This document shows, piece after piece, positions 29,675 through 39,372 of a stretch of DNA of 63,237 nucleotides; within the stretch, counting starts at the first letter, position 1; each line of letters begins with the position of its first letter. The DNA is from Bradymonadales bacterium (lineage in GTDB: Bacteria; Myxococcota_A; Bradymonadia; UBA4248). Below the pieces are notes generated by a model. It searched no databases. It saw nothing but the letters and a program-made list of their open reading frames with translations, and had not been told where the DNA came from. The translations under genes were made by a program, and so were the position numbers. The stretch spans positions 1 to 63,237 of the forward strand of contig JBBAEA010000003.1 in NCBI GenBank assembly GCA_041656175.1. Reading direction: 5' to 3'.

Positions 29675-30160
29675 CATAAAGTCAATAAAATCAATGCTCT
29701 ACACAGAAAAACGGGCTCCAAGAGCGAAAACCCTTGGAGGGGTTTGGGGTAGGGCAGCCGCAAAGTGCTGTTTCGCCAAAAACTGGACGGGGCGTCGCGG
29801 GGTGTCCCCGCGGAGGGGGAGCCGAAACGAGCAAAACTAAGTGTTTTGCGAGTTGATGGCTCGCTTTCGCAGTGAGCATGTCCAAGCCAAGCTCGCTTGA
29901 GCTTGAGACATGCGAACAAGAAAAAAAACCGTAGGTTTTTCATGAGACTAGATTTGCGCAATCGAACGCAAGCCTGCGTGAGTGCAGCGCAAATCGTAGT
30001 CGGAATTGTGGGATGTGGCAAACCCGCGCAAAGCGTGGGGTTGACACGTAGGGGGACACTTCCCCCCAAAAATAAGAGCCTTGAAAATCATCAATTTGAC
30101 GACTTTGCGGTTGCCCTAGGGTTTGGGGCGGTAGTCCCAATTAATCAGAGTTTCCCTAAC
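29675..30160. repeat. Composite block of repeat modules (families B and C, with an inserted structured segment)
   Basis: TAAAGTCAATAAAATCAAT head. Left part of the B module at about 29785-29825. Right part of the B module at 30015-30076. C module at 30114-30160. Confidence 0.7.
29771..29896 (+). repeat. 126-bp repeat identical to 63112-63237
   Basis: A base-by-base comparison shows 126/126 identity. It contains the nested hairpins cgaaacgagc..gctcgctttcg and caaaac/gttttg. Confidence 0.95.
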
Positions 30161-30192
30161 TCTTGATTCTAAAGAGCAGCGAAAACTTGTAG

Positions 30193-30735
30193 CTAGTTTT
30201 CAATTTCAAACCAAAGCGAAATTGAAAGCGATACGGAACAGCCAAGCTCTTCGTCAACGCAGTTTTCTTGGCGATACCTAAAAGCTTCGTATGGCTTAAG
30301 CGTAGCAACAGTTTCTATTTCTACGCGTTGGTTCCAGATATAGTCTTGAAGCACATCGTCAAGTATAACTTTGAACTCCGCTTCATTTCCTTTTATTCTT
30401 TCAGCGGGTAGCTGCAAAAATAAGACTCTCGACTGATTTTGTGTATTAATAATGTAGACTTCTAGCGACTTTACCAAAGAAATATCTACGTTTTGGGCAC
30501 CGTGTTTTAAGCGATCCAAGCTAAGCCATGCGTTGTGCGCTTTTAGCGACAGCTTGGACAAATCGCGGTCGAACAAAAAGCGGCGATGCGTCTTTATGCT
30601 TTTTTCAGCTTCAATGGTCTGGGGTATTTCGAAGTTTACTTCAGTCGAAACGGAGTCGTAAAACTTGTCCACTGCGCATGAGGACAAGCCCATTATTAAA
30701 GCACATAACAAAATCAGCAAAGGTTTTTTCATCAC
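30193..30735 (-). CDS. Hypothetical lipoprotein
   Basis: Signal peptide with lipobox GLSSC. No recognisable family. Confidence 0.6.
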   Translation of the reverse strand: MMKKPLLILLCALIMGLSSCAVDKFYDSVSTEVNFEIPQTIEAEKSIKTHRRFLFDRDLSKLSLKAHNAWLSLDRLKHGAQNVDISLVKSLEVYIINTQNQSRVLFLQLPAERIKGNEAEFKVILDDVLQDYIWNQRVEIETVATLKPYEAFRYRQENCVDEELGCSVSLSISLWFEIEN

Positions 30736-30888
30736 TCATTCTCCAGTATCGCCCCCATGCCATTATAATGAGAGATATTGAGCAAGTAAACCTTTTTAGT
30801 GCAATGGCCAATGAGCAGTGTGTCGTTTAGTTTTGTAGACTAGCATCTTTGGTTTTTTGCGAGTTTTTCGTGGCTGGAGACTGCAAAG

Positions 30889-32373
30889 CTAAAGCACATA
30901 CAAGGTACTTGGGCGCTTCCAACGAAGGCGTCCGTCGACTTCGACGTAAGCGTATGCGATGGCTCCCAAATCGCCGTAATCAATGACGGGGTAGGGCGTT
31001 TCGAATTCAAAACCTACGTTTTGCAAGAACTCTCCTTTGGCCAAAGTTTGCAGCTGATCGCGGCTGAGGCTGAGTCTGTTTTTTCTAATCTTGGCACCGA
31101 ATTGCTGTATGGCGGCTTGGCTAAGTCTCCACATAGGGCCGCGACGTTTGGCTAAGCAGATCCCAGCGCGGTGAAACGTTGCGGGCAAACTGTGCCAGTC
31201 GCTGTGTAGGAAGTGTATGGTTTTATCGGCGTTGCGGACAAAGCGTAGTTCGCTAAAAGACGTGGGAACAATTCCATAATAATGTTCAATATTTTCGAGA
31301 ATTTCGGCAATCTCTGGCGCGTCAAAGGGAAGCGTTTCGATGATTTCGATGGCCTTTAGTGATTCTTGGATCTTCGCCGTTCTCGGTATTTCGTCGTATT
31401 TTTCGAGGCTTGCAACGAAAAAACCCTGTGTTTCGTTTTCCCAGGGCATAAGTTTTTTGCATTTTCGTAAATCGTGGCAAAGCTCCTCACCGCGCCAGCT
31501 CGTACAAGCCTCTCTAAAAGTGAAGGCGTCGATTTTGGCGATATCCAAGATCCGCAAGGGCCATGCTTTGCAGAGTCTATTCACGATGACTTCGTTTTCG
31601 GCTGGGTTGAGCGAGCAGGTCGAATATACGAGGCGCCCGCCGACTTTGAGGAGTTTTGCGCCTGCCAAAGCGATGGCGTATTGAATATCGTTAAAAGCTT
31701 GAAAGTTTTTACTCCTTTCATAGCGGTAGCGGTTCTCTTTCAGATTTTGGGCTTCCCCGAGGCCAGAGCAGGGAACATCGGCGAGTACGGCGTCAAAGTA
31801 AATATCGAGTTCATGAGGGAGGCGTTCCGCGGAACGGCGCATGAGTACGTTGTTGTAGGCGCAGTTTGCATCAAGTCGAGCGGCGAGTGCGGTCATGCGT
31901 TTGCTCGAGTAATCGTTTGCCAAAAGGCGGCCACGATTTTGCATCATTGTGGCGATCTGCGTTGTTTTGGACCCTGGTGCCGCGCAGAGGTCAAGGACAG
32001 ACTCGCCGGGTTTAGGCGCTAAGACGTGTACGGGCAGTTGCGAGGCCAAACTTTGTTTGATGAAATAGCCTATATAATGATGTAAACATTGTGTTGGGTC
32101 GTATGGGGCGTGTAAAATTCGGACTGCATTCTCCAAACCAGCGACGGCCTCGACTTCGAAGCCATAAGCGCGCAATATTTCACAAATCTCCGCGGTTTTA
32201 GTACGCAGCGAGTTGACGCGTATATAGTCAGGAGTTGATGTTTTGCTATGAAATAGCGGTAGTTCGCTGCCAAAGATTTCGGCGAGATGTTGGTCAAAAT
32301 CAAGTCGTTGTGGCATATTCACTGTGGTGTCCAAAAGGGGTAAAGCGGGCGAATTCGCAGCCTCAGCCGACAC
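30889..32373 (-). CDS. RsmB/RsmF (NOL1/NOP2/Sun) family rRNA cytosine-C5 methyltransferase
   Basis: SAM motif DLCAAPGSKTT. Catalytic DVPCSGLG and YSTCS. Confidence 0.85.
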   Translation of the reverse strand: MSAEAANSPALPLLDTTVNMPQRLDFDQHLAEIFGSELPLFHSKTSTPDYIRVNSLRTKTAEICEILRAYGFEVEAVAGLENAVRILHAPYDPTQCLHHYIGYFIKQSLASQLPVHVLAPKPGESVLDLCAAPGSKTTQIATMMQNRGRLLANDYSSKRMTALAARLDANCAYNNVLMRRSAERLPHELDIYFDAVLADVPCSGLGEAQNLKENRYRYERSKNFQAFNDIQYAIALAGAKLLKVGGRLVYSTCSLNPAENEVIVNRLCKAWPLRILDIAKIDAFTFREACTSWRGEELCHDLRKCKKLMPWENETQGFFVASLEKYDEIPRTAKIQESLKAIEIIETLPFDAPEIAEILENIEHYYGIVPTSFSELRFVRNADKTIHFLHSDWHSLPATFHRAGICLAKRRGPMWRLSQAAIQQFGAKIRKNRLSLSRDQLQTLAKGEFLQNVGFEFETPYPVIDYGDLGAIAYAYVEVDGRLRWKRPSTLYVL

Positions 32374-32419
32374 TGTATAAAATTTGAATGAACTTTCAAG
32401 TAAAGTAGGGAGTTAATCC

Positions 32420-33115
32420 ATGACCGCAGAAAATGCTGAACTTAGTATCGTTGTTGCTATTCACAACCAAGAGAGCGCTGTCGCGAGAATTATCAACAGT
32501 TTACTGGAGCGACTCGACGCCGAGTACCCTGGCAAGTTCGAAATTATCCTTGTAGATCAAGCATCTACAGACAATTCCCAAGCCTCGATTATCGCCCTTG
32601 CTAACCAACGCTCCCTCATTCGCCTCAACCGCATCGACAGCCCCATCGACGGCCTCTCCCTCAAGCGCGGTCTTGAAGCCGCCATCTCAGCGCACGTCGT
32701 TTGGTGTCGCCTCGAAGATTGCCACTTCGACACCGTTTGGTCGCTTTACAAAGCTCTCGGCGATGCCGACATCGTTTTAAGCCACGATGATACAGCCCAA
32801 AAACAATCTATACGCGCCAAAGTCAAAGGCATCGCCTGCAAAGTCGCCAAAAAAGCACTCTCCTTCTCACCCGACCAGTGCTTTGCGCCCATGGCTATCA
32901 AAGTTCCGGCCCTCAACGGCTTGAGCTATCAAATCGACGCCCACCGCAGCAATTTTGTCGCCGAACTCCTCCTTCGCGCCCACAAAAAAGGTCTGCAAAT
33001 CACTGAAATCGCCGCCGAAAGTTCCCCAAAATCCATGCCCATCGCGCAGTTGCCCCAAAACGCCGCCGCCCTCGGACGCGCCATCTTTAGGGCTCGTTTC
33101 AAAAAAGATGCATAA
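32420..33115 (+). CDS. Family 2 glycosyltransferase
   Basis: LSIVVAIHNQES...ILVDQASTDNS is the GT-A N-terminal signature. Confidence 0.7.
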   Translation: MTAENAELSIVVAIHNQESAVARIINSLLERLDAEYPGKFEIILVDQASTDNSQASIIALANQRSLIRLNRIDSPIDGLSLKRGLEAAISAHVVWCRLEDCHFDTVWSLYKALGDADIVLSHDDTAQKQSIRAKVKGIACKVAKKALSFSPDQCFAPMAIKVPALNGLSYQIDAHRSNFVAELLLRAHKKGLQITEIAAESSPKSMPIAQLPQNAAALGRAIFRARFKKDA

Positions 33116-33157
33116 AAATCTGTGGCCTAGGCTGCATACACGGTCTTTTTTCTTTTT

Positions 33158-33304
33158 GCGGGGGGCTTTTGCCCCCTACGCGCGGGCTTCCTCAAAATTC
33201 GCGCAATTCGCGTAAATAAAATGCGTTGTTTCGTCTATTCGCCGAACCAACGCATTTTATACGCTCATTGCTCGAATTTATCGGTGATCCCGCGCTACCC
33301 CCAA
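33158..33304 (+). repeat. Family-A structured repeat
   Basis: GCGGGGGGCTTTTGCCCCCTACGCGCGGGCTTC ... hairpin gcgtaaataaaatgcgttg/caacgcattttatacgc ... GATCCCGCGCTACCCCCAAG. Confidence 0.8.
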
Positions 33305-33338
33305 GTGAGTGCGATAAATAGGGTGGTCGTTTAACAGC

Positions 33339-35987
33339 TCAATAATTTGGCATTTCCAAATATTCGTTCTTTAGCTGATTACTAATATAAAATGCAGCTT
33401 TAGTGTCATTTTCATAAATTTTCTTAAATAGAAGTAGTCGTTCCATGCCTTTTTTGACGTAGTTACGCGCTTCGTTGTAGGGGATAAGTTCGACGAAGGC
33501 GTCGAGTTCGAGGGTAGCGCCGTAGCTGTCTATCCAGCGTGCTACTTGGTGTGGGCCGCCGTTGTAGCCAGCAAGGGCGAGCAGTTCATTACCGTGGAAT
33601 TTCTCAATGATGCGTGTAAGGTACCAGGCGCCAAAGCGTATGGAGAGCGATATGTCGAGCAAATCCATGGGGCCAAAGTCGTGAATTTCGAGGGCTTTGG
33701 CGAGTTTGTAGCCAGTGATGGGTATTACTTGCAAAAGACCGAAGGCGTTGGCATGCGAGACGGAGTCGGGGTTAAAGGCGCTTTCGATGTTCATGACAGT
33801 CCAGAGTAGATAGGGGTTGAGGGACTGTGCATCGCAGGCAGCGCGTAATTCACTGTTAAAGGCACGCGGGTAGTGTACGGACCAAGCGAATTGAGCCTCG
33901 GCTGTGCCCGGCGTAGATCGGGGTAGGGGTGAGTAGCGGCGCGCAAGGTAGTAGTCTTCATTATATATAAGAGCCGCAACAAAGAGCGGGCGTAGGGTCG
34001 CGGCGTTTTGTAGAATGCTGCGTTGTCGCTGGGCAGCAGCGGCAGTGGCGCGCTTATCTTTGGCGCTGGGTAGCTTAAATCGTTGGGTCGTAAGCGAGAT
34101 CCCCCAAACGCCATTTTTTTGGCGTCGGTTGTCGACATGGAACCCATCCATCGAGAGTTCAAGGTTCCACGGCTTGGTGCTTGGGGGTAGTTTTTTGCTT
34201 CTTCTGTATCTATTTTCGAGTATGAAGAATTCAAGCGCGCTGCTGCGAAGTTCTTTGTTGAGCTCTTTTTGCATGCCTGTTTCGTAAAAGAATTTTACCC
34301 TCTTTAACGAAGGAAATACGTCGCTATACTGGTTTATAAGTGTAAAAAACTGTGATTTGAGATTTTTATCGACGTTAATGTATGCCGTGTCGATTTCGTC
34401 GAAGGATTTTGTTTTTTCGTCGAATTTTTGCCAGTCAATATTGTTGCTGACTTCATGGCTGCCGTTTTCTAAATCCCAGATGCGGCTTTGTGCCATAATG
34501 GCATAGTAGCTCAAGGGTGCTTTTTCGATGATCTGAGCAAAGACATCTTTTGCGGCATCGAATTTTTCTTGTTTGGCCAAACTCTGTGCGTACCAATATT
34601 GCATACGTGGGCGCAAAACCGAAGCGGAATCTCGCTGTAAGCGCTTAAACTGCTCTTCAGCGACATCGTATTTTTGTGCAAGGTATGCAAGTAGTGTCTC
34701 GCTAAATTCGAGAACAATAGGTGTTTCTGCTTTTTTCTTCGGTTTTCTTTGTTTTTTTTGAGCGCTTTCTTTTTCCCGCATCATCAGAGCGTAGGCTTCA
34801 TCAAACTGTCCGCTCTCCATGTAAAAGCGCTGTAGACGCGCGTTTCTTTGCCCCTTGGGTAGCAGTTGGAGTAGATCGTCCATCACGCGCTTAGCTTCGT
34901 CGCGCTGTTGAGTGTAAACATATGCCTGCGATAGGTAGGCATTGACCGTAATGGGGTGGAGATCATCTTGTCGCTTGTTAGCGATCTGCGCTTTAAGTTT
35001 TTCTAAAAGCGGTATGGCTTTGGCGTGTCTACTTTGATCGTAGGCAATACGCGCGTTTTGCCACTGAAGCGCTATGCTTTGTGGATGGCTTTCGAGTAGG
35101 GGGAGAATGGCAATTTCGCTTTCTGGCCAAAAGCGATTGCGGCGCAAGAAATCTACGCGATTAAGTTGCGCATTGAAGCTCTGCATTGTTTTCTGGTAGC
35201 CGTTTTTCTCCAAAATGGCGAGCGCGGTTTGTGCCTCTGCTGCCCAAGGTGAGTCGAAGATAATCGTGTTGAGTTCCGCTGCGGCCTGTGCTTCCTTTGC
35301 TTGCGCGATGTAGCTTATCGCGCGTTGAAGGCGCAGCGCATTAGCACGTGGGTACTCTGGATAGGTCGTCAAAAATTGATCTATCTCCTTCTGAAGCTCT
35401 GGCCAGCGCTCTGCTTCGTATAAACATTGTGTTATTTCTAGCTTTGCCTCGTGATAGTAGGGGGAGGCTCGGTAATTTTCCAATTTTGCGTAGTCTGCAA
35501 TAGCCTCATCCCAACGTTCTTGGGCTTGCAGGGATTTGGCGCGGTAGTAGTAAAATAGGTCTAAAAAATCCGTTTGCGCCTCTTCTTCTATTAATCTGCT
35601 CAACGTCGAAACCGCTTTTGCATGTTCGGCGTTTTGTGCAAAGGCTCTTGCTAGCAAGAATTGAGAAGCGAGATCGGGCGCAAAAACGATCTTAGGCATC
35701 AGTGCGATTAAGGATTTTCGTTTTTCATCGGTATGTATATAGTACTGGGCGGCTTCCATGCCAAAGCCCTGCGACTCTCTCGCGATCAGTTCATCGACGG
35801 CATTGAGCAAAACAAGTAGGCTAGCACTTGGCTCGCCCTGCTCGACTTCGACTTCGGCTTGAGCAGTTTGCTGAGAATTCGCCGTTTGGGGCAGCGTTTC
35901 GCTTTTACTTCGACAGGATGAGGTAAAAACAAGACAAAGCACTGAAATAATGGCGATATAGATGGAATGATTCTGTAAGCGAAGCAC
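33339..35987 (-). CDS. Soluble lytic murein transglycosylase (Slt70-like) with a long TPR/superhelical N-terminal domain
   Basis: C-terminal SLT motif MNIESAFNPDSVSHANAFGLLQVIP...GYNGG. Signal peptide or lipobox (FTSSC). Confidence 0.85.
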   Translation of the reverse strand: MLRLQNHSIYIAIISVLCLVFTSSCRSKSETLPQTANSQQTAQAEVEVEQGEPSASLLVLLNAVDELIARESQGFGMEAAQYYIHTDEKRKSLIALMPKIVFAPDLASQFLLARAFAQNAEHAKAVSTLSRLIEEEAQTDFLDLFYYYRAKSLQAQERWDEAIADYAKLENYRASPYYHEAKLEITQCLYEAERWPELQKEIDQFLTTYPEYPRANALRLQRAISYIAQAKEAQAAAELNTIIFDSPWAAEAQTALAILEKNGYQKTMQSFNAQLNRVDFLRRNRFWPESEIAILPLLESHPQSIALQWQNARIAYDQSRHAKAIPLLEKLKAQIANKRQDDLHPITVNAYLSQAYVYTQQRDEAKRVMDDLLQLLPKGQRNARLQRFYMESGQFDEAYALMMREKESAQKKQRKPKKKAETPIVLEFSETLLAYLAQKYDVAEEQFKRLQRDSASVLRPRMQYWYAQSLAKQEKFDAAKDVFAQIIEKAPLSYYAIMAQSRIWDLENGSHEVSNNIDWQKFDEKTKSFDEIDTAYINVDKNLKSQFFTLINQYSDVFPSLKRVKFFYETGMQKELNKELRSSALEFFILENRYRRSKKLPPSTKPWNLELSMDGFHVDNRRQKNGVWGISLTTQRFKLPSAKDKRATAAAAQRQRSILQNAATLRPLFVAALIYNEDYYLARRYSPLPRSTPGTAEAQFAWSVHYPRAFNSELRAACDAQSLNPYLLWTVMNIESAFNPDSVSHANAFGLLQVIPITGYKLAKALEIHDFGPMDLLDISLSIRFGAWYLTRIIEKFHGNELLALAGYNGGPHQVARWIDSYGATLELDAFVELIPYNEARNYVKKGMERLLLFKKIYENDTKAAFYISNQLKNEYLEMPNY

Positions 35988-36106
35988 TGCTGATATAGAG
36001 TAAATGGCGCGGAATTGCGCTCACACGAATATAGCCCAGTTCTCTTTAAATGGCAGCTTTTCTGGCTTGCCTGTTGTTTTATCCCCTATTTTACAGGAGG
36101 CTAATC

Positions 36107-36607
36107 ATGCGTATCGCCAATGAAGTTAAAGATTACATCCACTCCATTAAGCAGAAGTTTAAGCTGCAAACTATTTTTTGTAAGCGACTATCGCCTGAAG
36201 CGCGCCTCCCCAAGCTTGCTACCGTCGATTCGGCGGGCATGGATCTTTATGCGGCCGAGCGCTGCGAGTTAGAGCCCGGCCAACGCGCGTTGGTAAAAAC
36301 CGGTATCGTTGCCGAGTTACCGCGCGGTTACCACTTAGAAGTTCGACCCAGATCAGGTTTAGCACTAAAGCACGGTATTACCGTTCTCAATACTCCAGGT
36401 ACAGTCGATGCCGATTACCGCGGTGAGCTTCAGGTGTTACTGATAAACTTGGGTAGTGAGCGCTTTGTCGTGGAAGTAGGAGATCGCATTGCACAAGCTC
36501 TGCTTATGCAGCATTTACCCATGCGCTGGCAATGGGGCGCGAAACTTGCTAAAACCGAGCGCGGCGAGGGTGGTTGGGGGCATAGTGGGCGAAGCGACAA
36601 GCGCTAG
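36107..36607 (+). CDS. dut: dUTP diphosphatase
   Basis: AGGAGG SD before the ATG at 36107. Motifs LPKLATVDSAGMDLYA, RSGLALKHGITVLNTPGTVDADYRGEL and ERGEGGWGHSG. Confidence 0.9.
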   Translation: MRIANEVKDYIHSIKQKFKLQTIFCKRLSPEARLPKLATVDSAGMDLYAAERCELEPGQRALVKTGIVAELPRGYHLEVRPRSGLALKHGITVLNTPGTVDADYRGELQVLLINLGSERFVVEVGDRIAQALLMQHLPMRWQWGAKLAKTERGEGGWGHSGRSDKR

Positions 36608-36637
36608 ATTTTATTGCATTGCTCGCTTATGAAGTGT

Positions 36638-36814
36638 GAGACCTTTGCGCGGCTAGAGAAAAACAACGAAAGTCAGGCGGGTTTTCAAAATAAAGTCAAT
36701 AAAATCAATAATCACCATACAAAAGCGGGTTCTAAGGGCGATAGCTCTAAGCGGAGTTTGGGGCGGTATTCCCGATGAATCAGAGTTTTCTTAGGAGACC
36801 TTTGCACGGCTAGA
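36638..36814 (+). repeat. Family-C element (36691-36795) bracketed by 20-bp direct repeats
   Basis: GAGACCTTTGCGCGGCTAGA at 36638-36657 and GAGACCTTTGCACGGCTAGA at 36795-36814. Inside are TAAAGTCAATAAAATCAAT...AAGCGGGTTCTAAGGGCGATAGC...GGGGCGGTATTCCCGATGAATCAGAGTTTTC. Confidence 0.75.
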
Positions 36815-37203
36815 AATATCGAATTTAATTTTACAAATTCGATACAGTCTTAAACAAAATGAGAACTTTTGTAGAGAAGCACAAGTTAACAATGCTAATT
36901 AAATAGGGCAGGTGGAAGATAAAATGACATTTTATTCGAAAAGTGCTTAAAAGAGTGCTTTCTTAGTGCCACAGCCGTCCAGGCTGTGGCCGCTTCGCGC
37001 GCGGCCTCAGCCGCGACCAATCGCTGACATCCATGTCGCGATTGAAGGGGAGGGGGGTACGGGGGGGAAACATCTTTTCTTTGGCACAAAGAAAAGGGCT
37101 TCCCCCGTGCAAAGCTCTCGAGTAAAAAGAAACTTGCCTCAATGATATTTTCCATTATCGTAAGCTAGCGGCTTATGCTGCAGTTCTTGAAAAGGGCGAA
37201 TGG

Positions 37204-37842
37204 ATGAAGAGACAAATATTCGTAGTTTTTATGTTTCTCTCACTTTTTGTGTTGTCAAATATCGCAAAGGCCGAACTATATCAATATGAAGGCAAGGATG
37301 GCGAAATTATATTTACGACAGAACCGCGCAAGGATCTTAAGCTTATCTCGGTTATGCAGGGTAGCGCGAAGCCCAAGCCAAAGGCGAGGTCAGCGCCGAG
37401 GTCGGCGCAGACGCGTCTAGCTTATGATGAGCGGGCGTATGATGCGATTATTGCCGATGCCTCGCGTGCTTACAACATTCCAGAAGCTTTTATCCGTGCG
37501 GTCATTAAGATTGAGAGCAACTACAACCCCAACGCAGTGAGTAGCGCTGGGGCGATGGGTTTGATGCAGCTCATGCCCGCTACGGCGGAGCATATGGGGG
37601 TTAAGGATAGTTTTGATCCACGCGACAATATATTTGGGGGGACGAAATACTTGCGAAGGCTAGCGGATCGATATAACGGTGATATTAATCTCGTGTTGTC
37701 GGGGTATCACGCGGGGCCAGGGAATGTGGAAAAATACCAAGGCATTCCTTTTGCAAAGACCCAGAATTACGTCAAGAACGTGTACCATTACTATAAGCTG
37801 TACCAAAAACGCGAGAAGGAGCAGCGTGAGGGAGAACCATGA
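37204..37842 (+). CDS. Small SLT-domain lytic transglycosylase
   Basis: Signal peptide. IESNYNPNAVSSAGAMGLMQLMP and SGYHAGPG. Confidence 0.8.
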   Translation: MKRQIFVVFMFLSLFVLSNIAKAELYQYEGKDGEIIFTTEPRKDLKLISVMQGSAKPKPKARSAPRSAQTRLAYDERAYDAIIADASRAYNIPEAFIRAVIKIESNYNPNAVSSAGAMGLMQLMPATAEHMGVKDSFDPRDNIFGGTKYLRRLADRYNGDINLVLSGYHAGPGNVEKYQGIPFAKTQNYVKNVYHYYKLYQKREKEQREGEP

Positions 37843-38525
37843 TTTTGAAAAAAACAAAGCGCGCAAGCAGGTTTAAAGGAGCAAAAAAGCGACGCGTCTT
37901 GTTTAGAAAGCCCGTACTTAGGAAGATGAACAGTAAACTCAAGGAGGATCTGCTCAATCTACCTAATATGCTAACGCTAGCGCGTATCGTTTTGATACCC
38001 TTAGTGATCATTTTTTTGTCGTATAGGACAGCAAAGAGCACTTGTATTGCAGCGATATTTTTTGCTGTAGCAGCAGCAACTGATTTTTTCGACGGATATT
38101 TGGCCAGAAAACTGAATCTTGTTAGTTTAACCGGCAAGTTTCTCGATCCCTTAGCCGACAAGCTCATGGTCATGGCTGCTTGCGTACAACTCGCCGCGAT
38201 GGGGTGGCTAGAGGCATGGGTACCTATAGTTTTATTGACTCGAGAGTTTGCGGTGCAGGGGCTTAGGCAGATTGCGAGCGCTGAGGGTATGGTGATTGCA
38301 GCGGGTCAAGGTGGGAAGTTAAAGACCGCTTTTCAGCTTGTTGGGCTCATTGGATTACTGATACACTATCAATATGAAGTGGATTTTTTCTTCTTTAGTT
38401 CATCTGTGAATTTTCATCTTGTGGGCTGGTGGATGCTTATTGCGAGTATCTTTTTTAGCTTGATTAGCGCTGGTCAATATTTTGCAGGTTTCTTAGGCGC
38501 TATTACGCAAAGTGGAAGCAAATAA
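37839..38525 (+). CDS. pgsA: CDP-diacylglycerol--glycerol-3-phosphate 3-phosphatidyltransferase
   Basis: CDP-alcohol phosphatidyltransferase motif DFFDGYLARKLNLVSLTGKFLDPLADK, with multiple TM segments. ATGA overlap with the upstream gene. An alternative start is the ATG at 37926. Confidence 0.85.
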   Translation: MILKKTKRASRFKGAKKRRVLFRKPVLRKMNSKLKEDLLNLPNMLTLARIVLIPLVIIFLSYRTAKSTCIAAIFFAVAAATDFFDGYLARKLNLVSLTGKFLDPLADKLMVMAACVQLAAMGWLEAWVPIVLLTREFAVQGLRQIASAEGMVIAAGQGGKLKTAFQLVGLIGLLIHYQYEVDFFFFSSSVNFHLVGWWMLIASIFFSLISAGQYFAGFLGAITQSGSK

Positions 38526-38564
38526 AGTTTTTGCATAAACATATTGCGGGCTAAAACTCAAGAA

Positions 38565-38785
38565 GGGGGTAGCGCAAGATCACCTGGGATTTCGACAAGG
38601 AAGTCGAAATCGAACGCCGTAGGCGGCCCATAGGGCTGCATGCCATGGATGGCATGCATTCTTAAATTCGCTTAAAGCCGCACAGCGTGCAAAGGTTTGG
38701 CGAATAGCCAAAACTTTGAGCGCTGTTATGCGGCTTTTAGCGAATTTTGAAGGAAGCTTGCGCGTAGGGGGCTGCAAGCCCCCAC
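38565..38785 (-). repeat. Family-A-related repeat with extra inserted hairpin modules
   Basis: GGGGGTAGCGCAAGATC at one end and GCGCGTAGGGGGCTGCAAGCCCCC at the other. Central hairpin aaattcgcttaaagccgcacagcg/cgctgttatgcggcttttagcgaattt. Additional hairpins atttcgac/gtcgaaat and gcatgccat/atggcatgc. Confidence 0.65.
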
Positions 38786-38814
38786 ATGAATAAAAGCTCG
38801 TAAAGATTAGGGAA

Positions 38815-39183
38815 CTAATAGTTTTGTGCGTAAAAGCCCAAGGCAATGACGGCGATGCCCAGAACGAAGCTAAAACTGCCGCGTAGCCTAGCTTTGAAGC
38901 CGTAGAGTAGTCCGAAGGGGCCGCGGTAGGAGCCGCTGAGTATGGGGACGAGGCCGGAGTAGAGTAGGCTTGCGCCCATGAGGTAGAAGGCGAGTGGGCG
39001 GTGGAAGAAGAAGGCGATGACGCCGGCGAAAAAGCTGAGGAGGGTGAGCCATTGTAGGCGGTCGAGTAGGCGACAAAAGCGGTCGAAGGCTGTTGGGTTG
39101 TAGTCGATGCTTTCGTCGATTTCTTCTTCGATAATGTCGGTTTGGGGGCTGTTTGTGCTTGTGTCTAAGTCGTTGTTTCTCAT
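38815..39183 (-). CDS. Small membrane protein (122 aa; acidic N-terminus plus 3 TM helices)
   Basis: The ATG at 39183 is preceded by GGAGAAAAACCC. Hydrophobic segments seen: LTLLSFFAGVIAFFF, LMGASLLYSGLVPIL, FSFVLGIAVIALGFY. The longer ORF up to 39867 is antisense to the kinase. Confidence 0.6.
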   Translation of the reverse strand: MRNNDLDTSTNSPQTDIIEEEIDESIDYNPTAFDRFCRLLDRLQWLTLLSFFAGVIAFFFHRPLAFYLMGASLLYSGLVPILSGSYRGPFGLLYGFKARLRGSFSFVLGIAVIALGFYAQNY

Positions 39184-39372
39184 GGGTTTTTCTCCGTTGG
39201 TGCTCGCGCTCGCAATCTGCGGACTCAAAAGGCATAACGCGAAAGTGTGTAATGTGCAATCTAGAAGGTGAAGGGCGAAATTTTGCCTCATTTTGCTTTT
39301 GTGTAAAACTGTACGTTGCATGTTTAGGGCGCGGTGGCGCTCTGGTTTTGGCAATGCGAAAGGACGGTGGAC

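Noticed and set aside
29674-30069. 131-aa and 64-aa minus-strand ORFs in the 29.7-30.1 kb spacer. Similar ORFs occur at 51598-52026 and 60721-61017.
   Set aside because: They are composed of concatenated repeat modules (families B and C). Their Pro/Arg/Gly-rich translation comes from G/C hairpins and is not coding.
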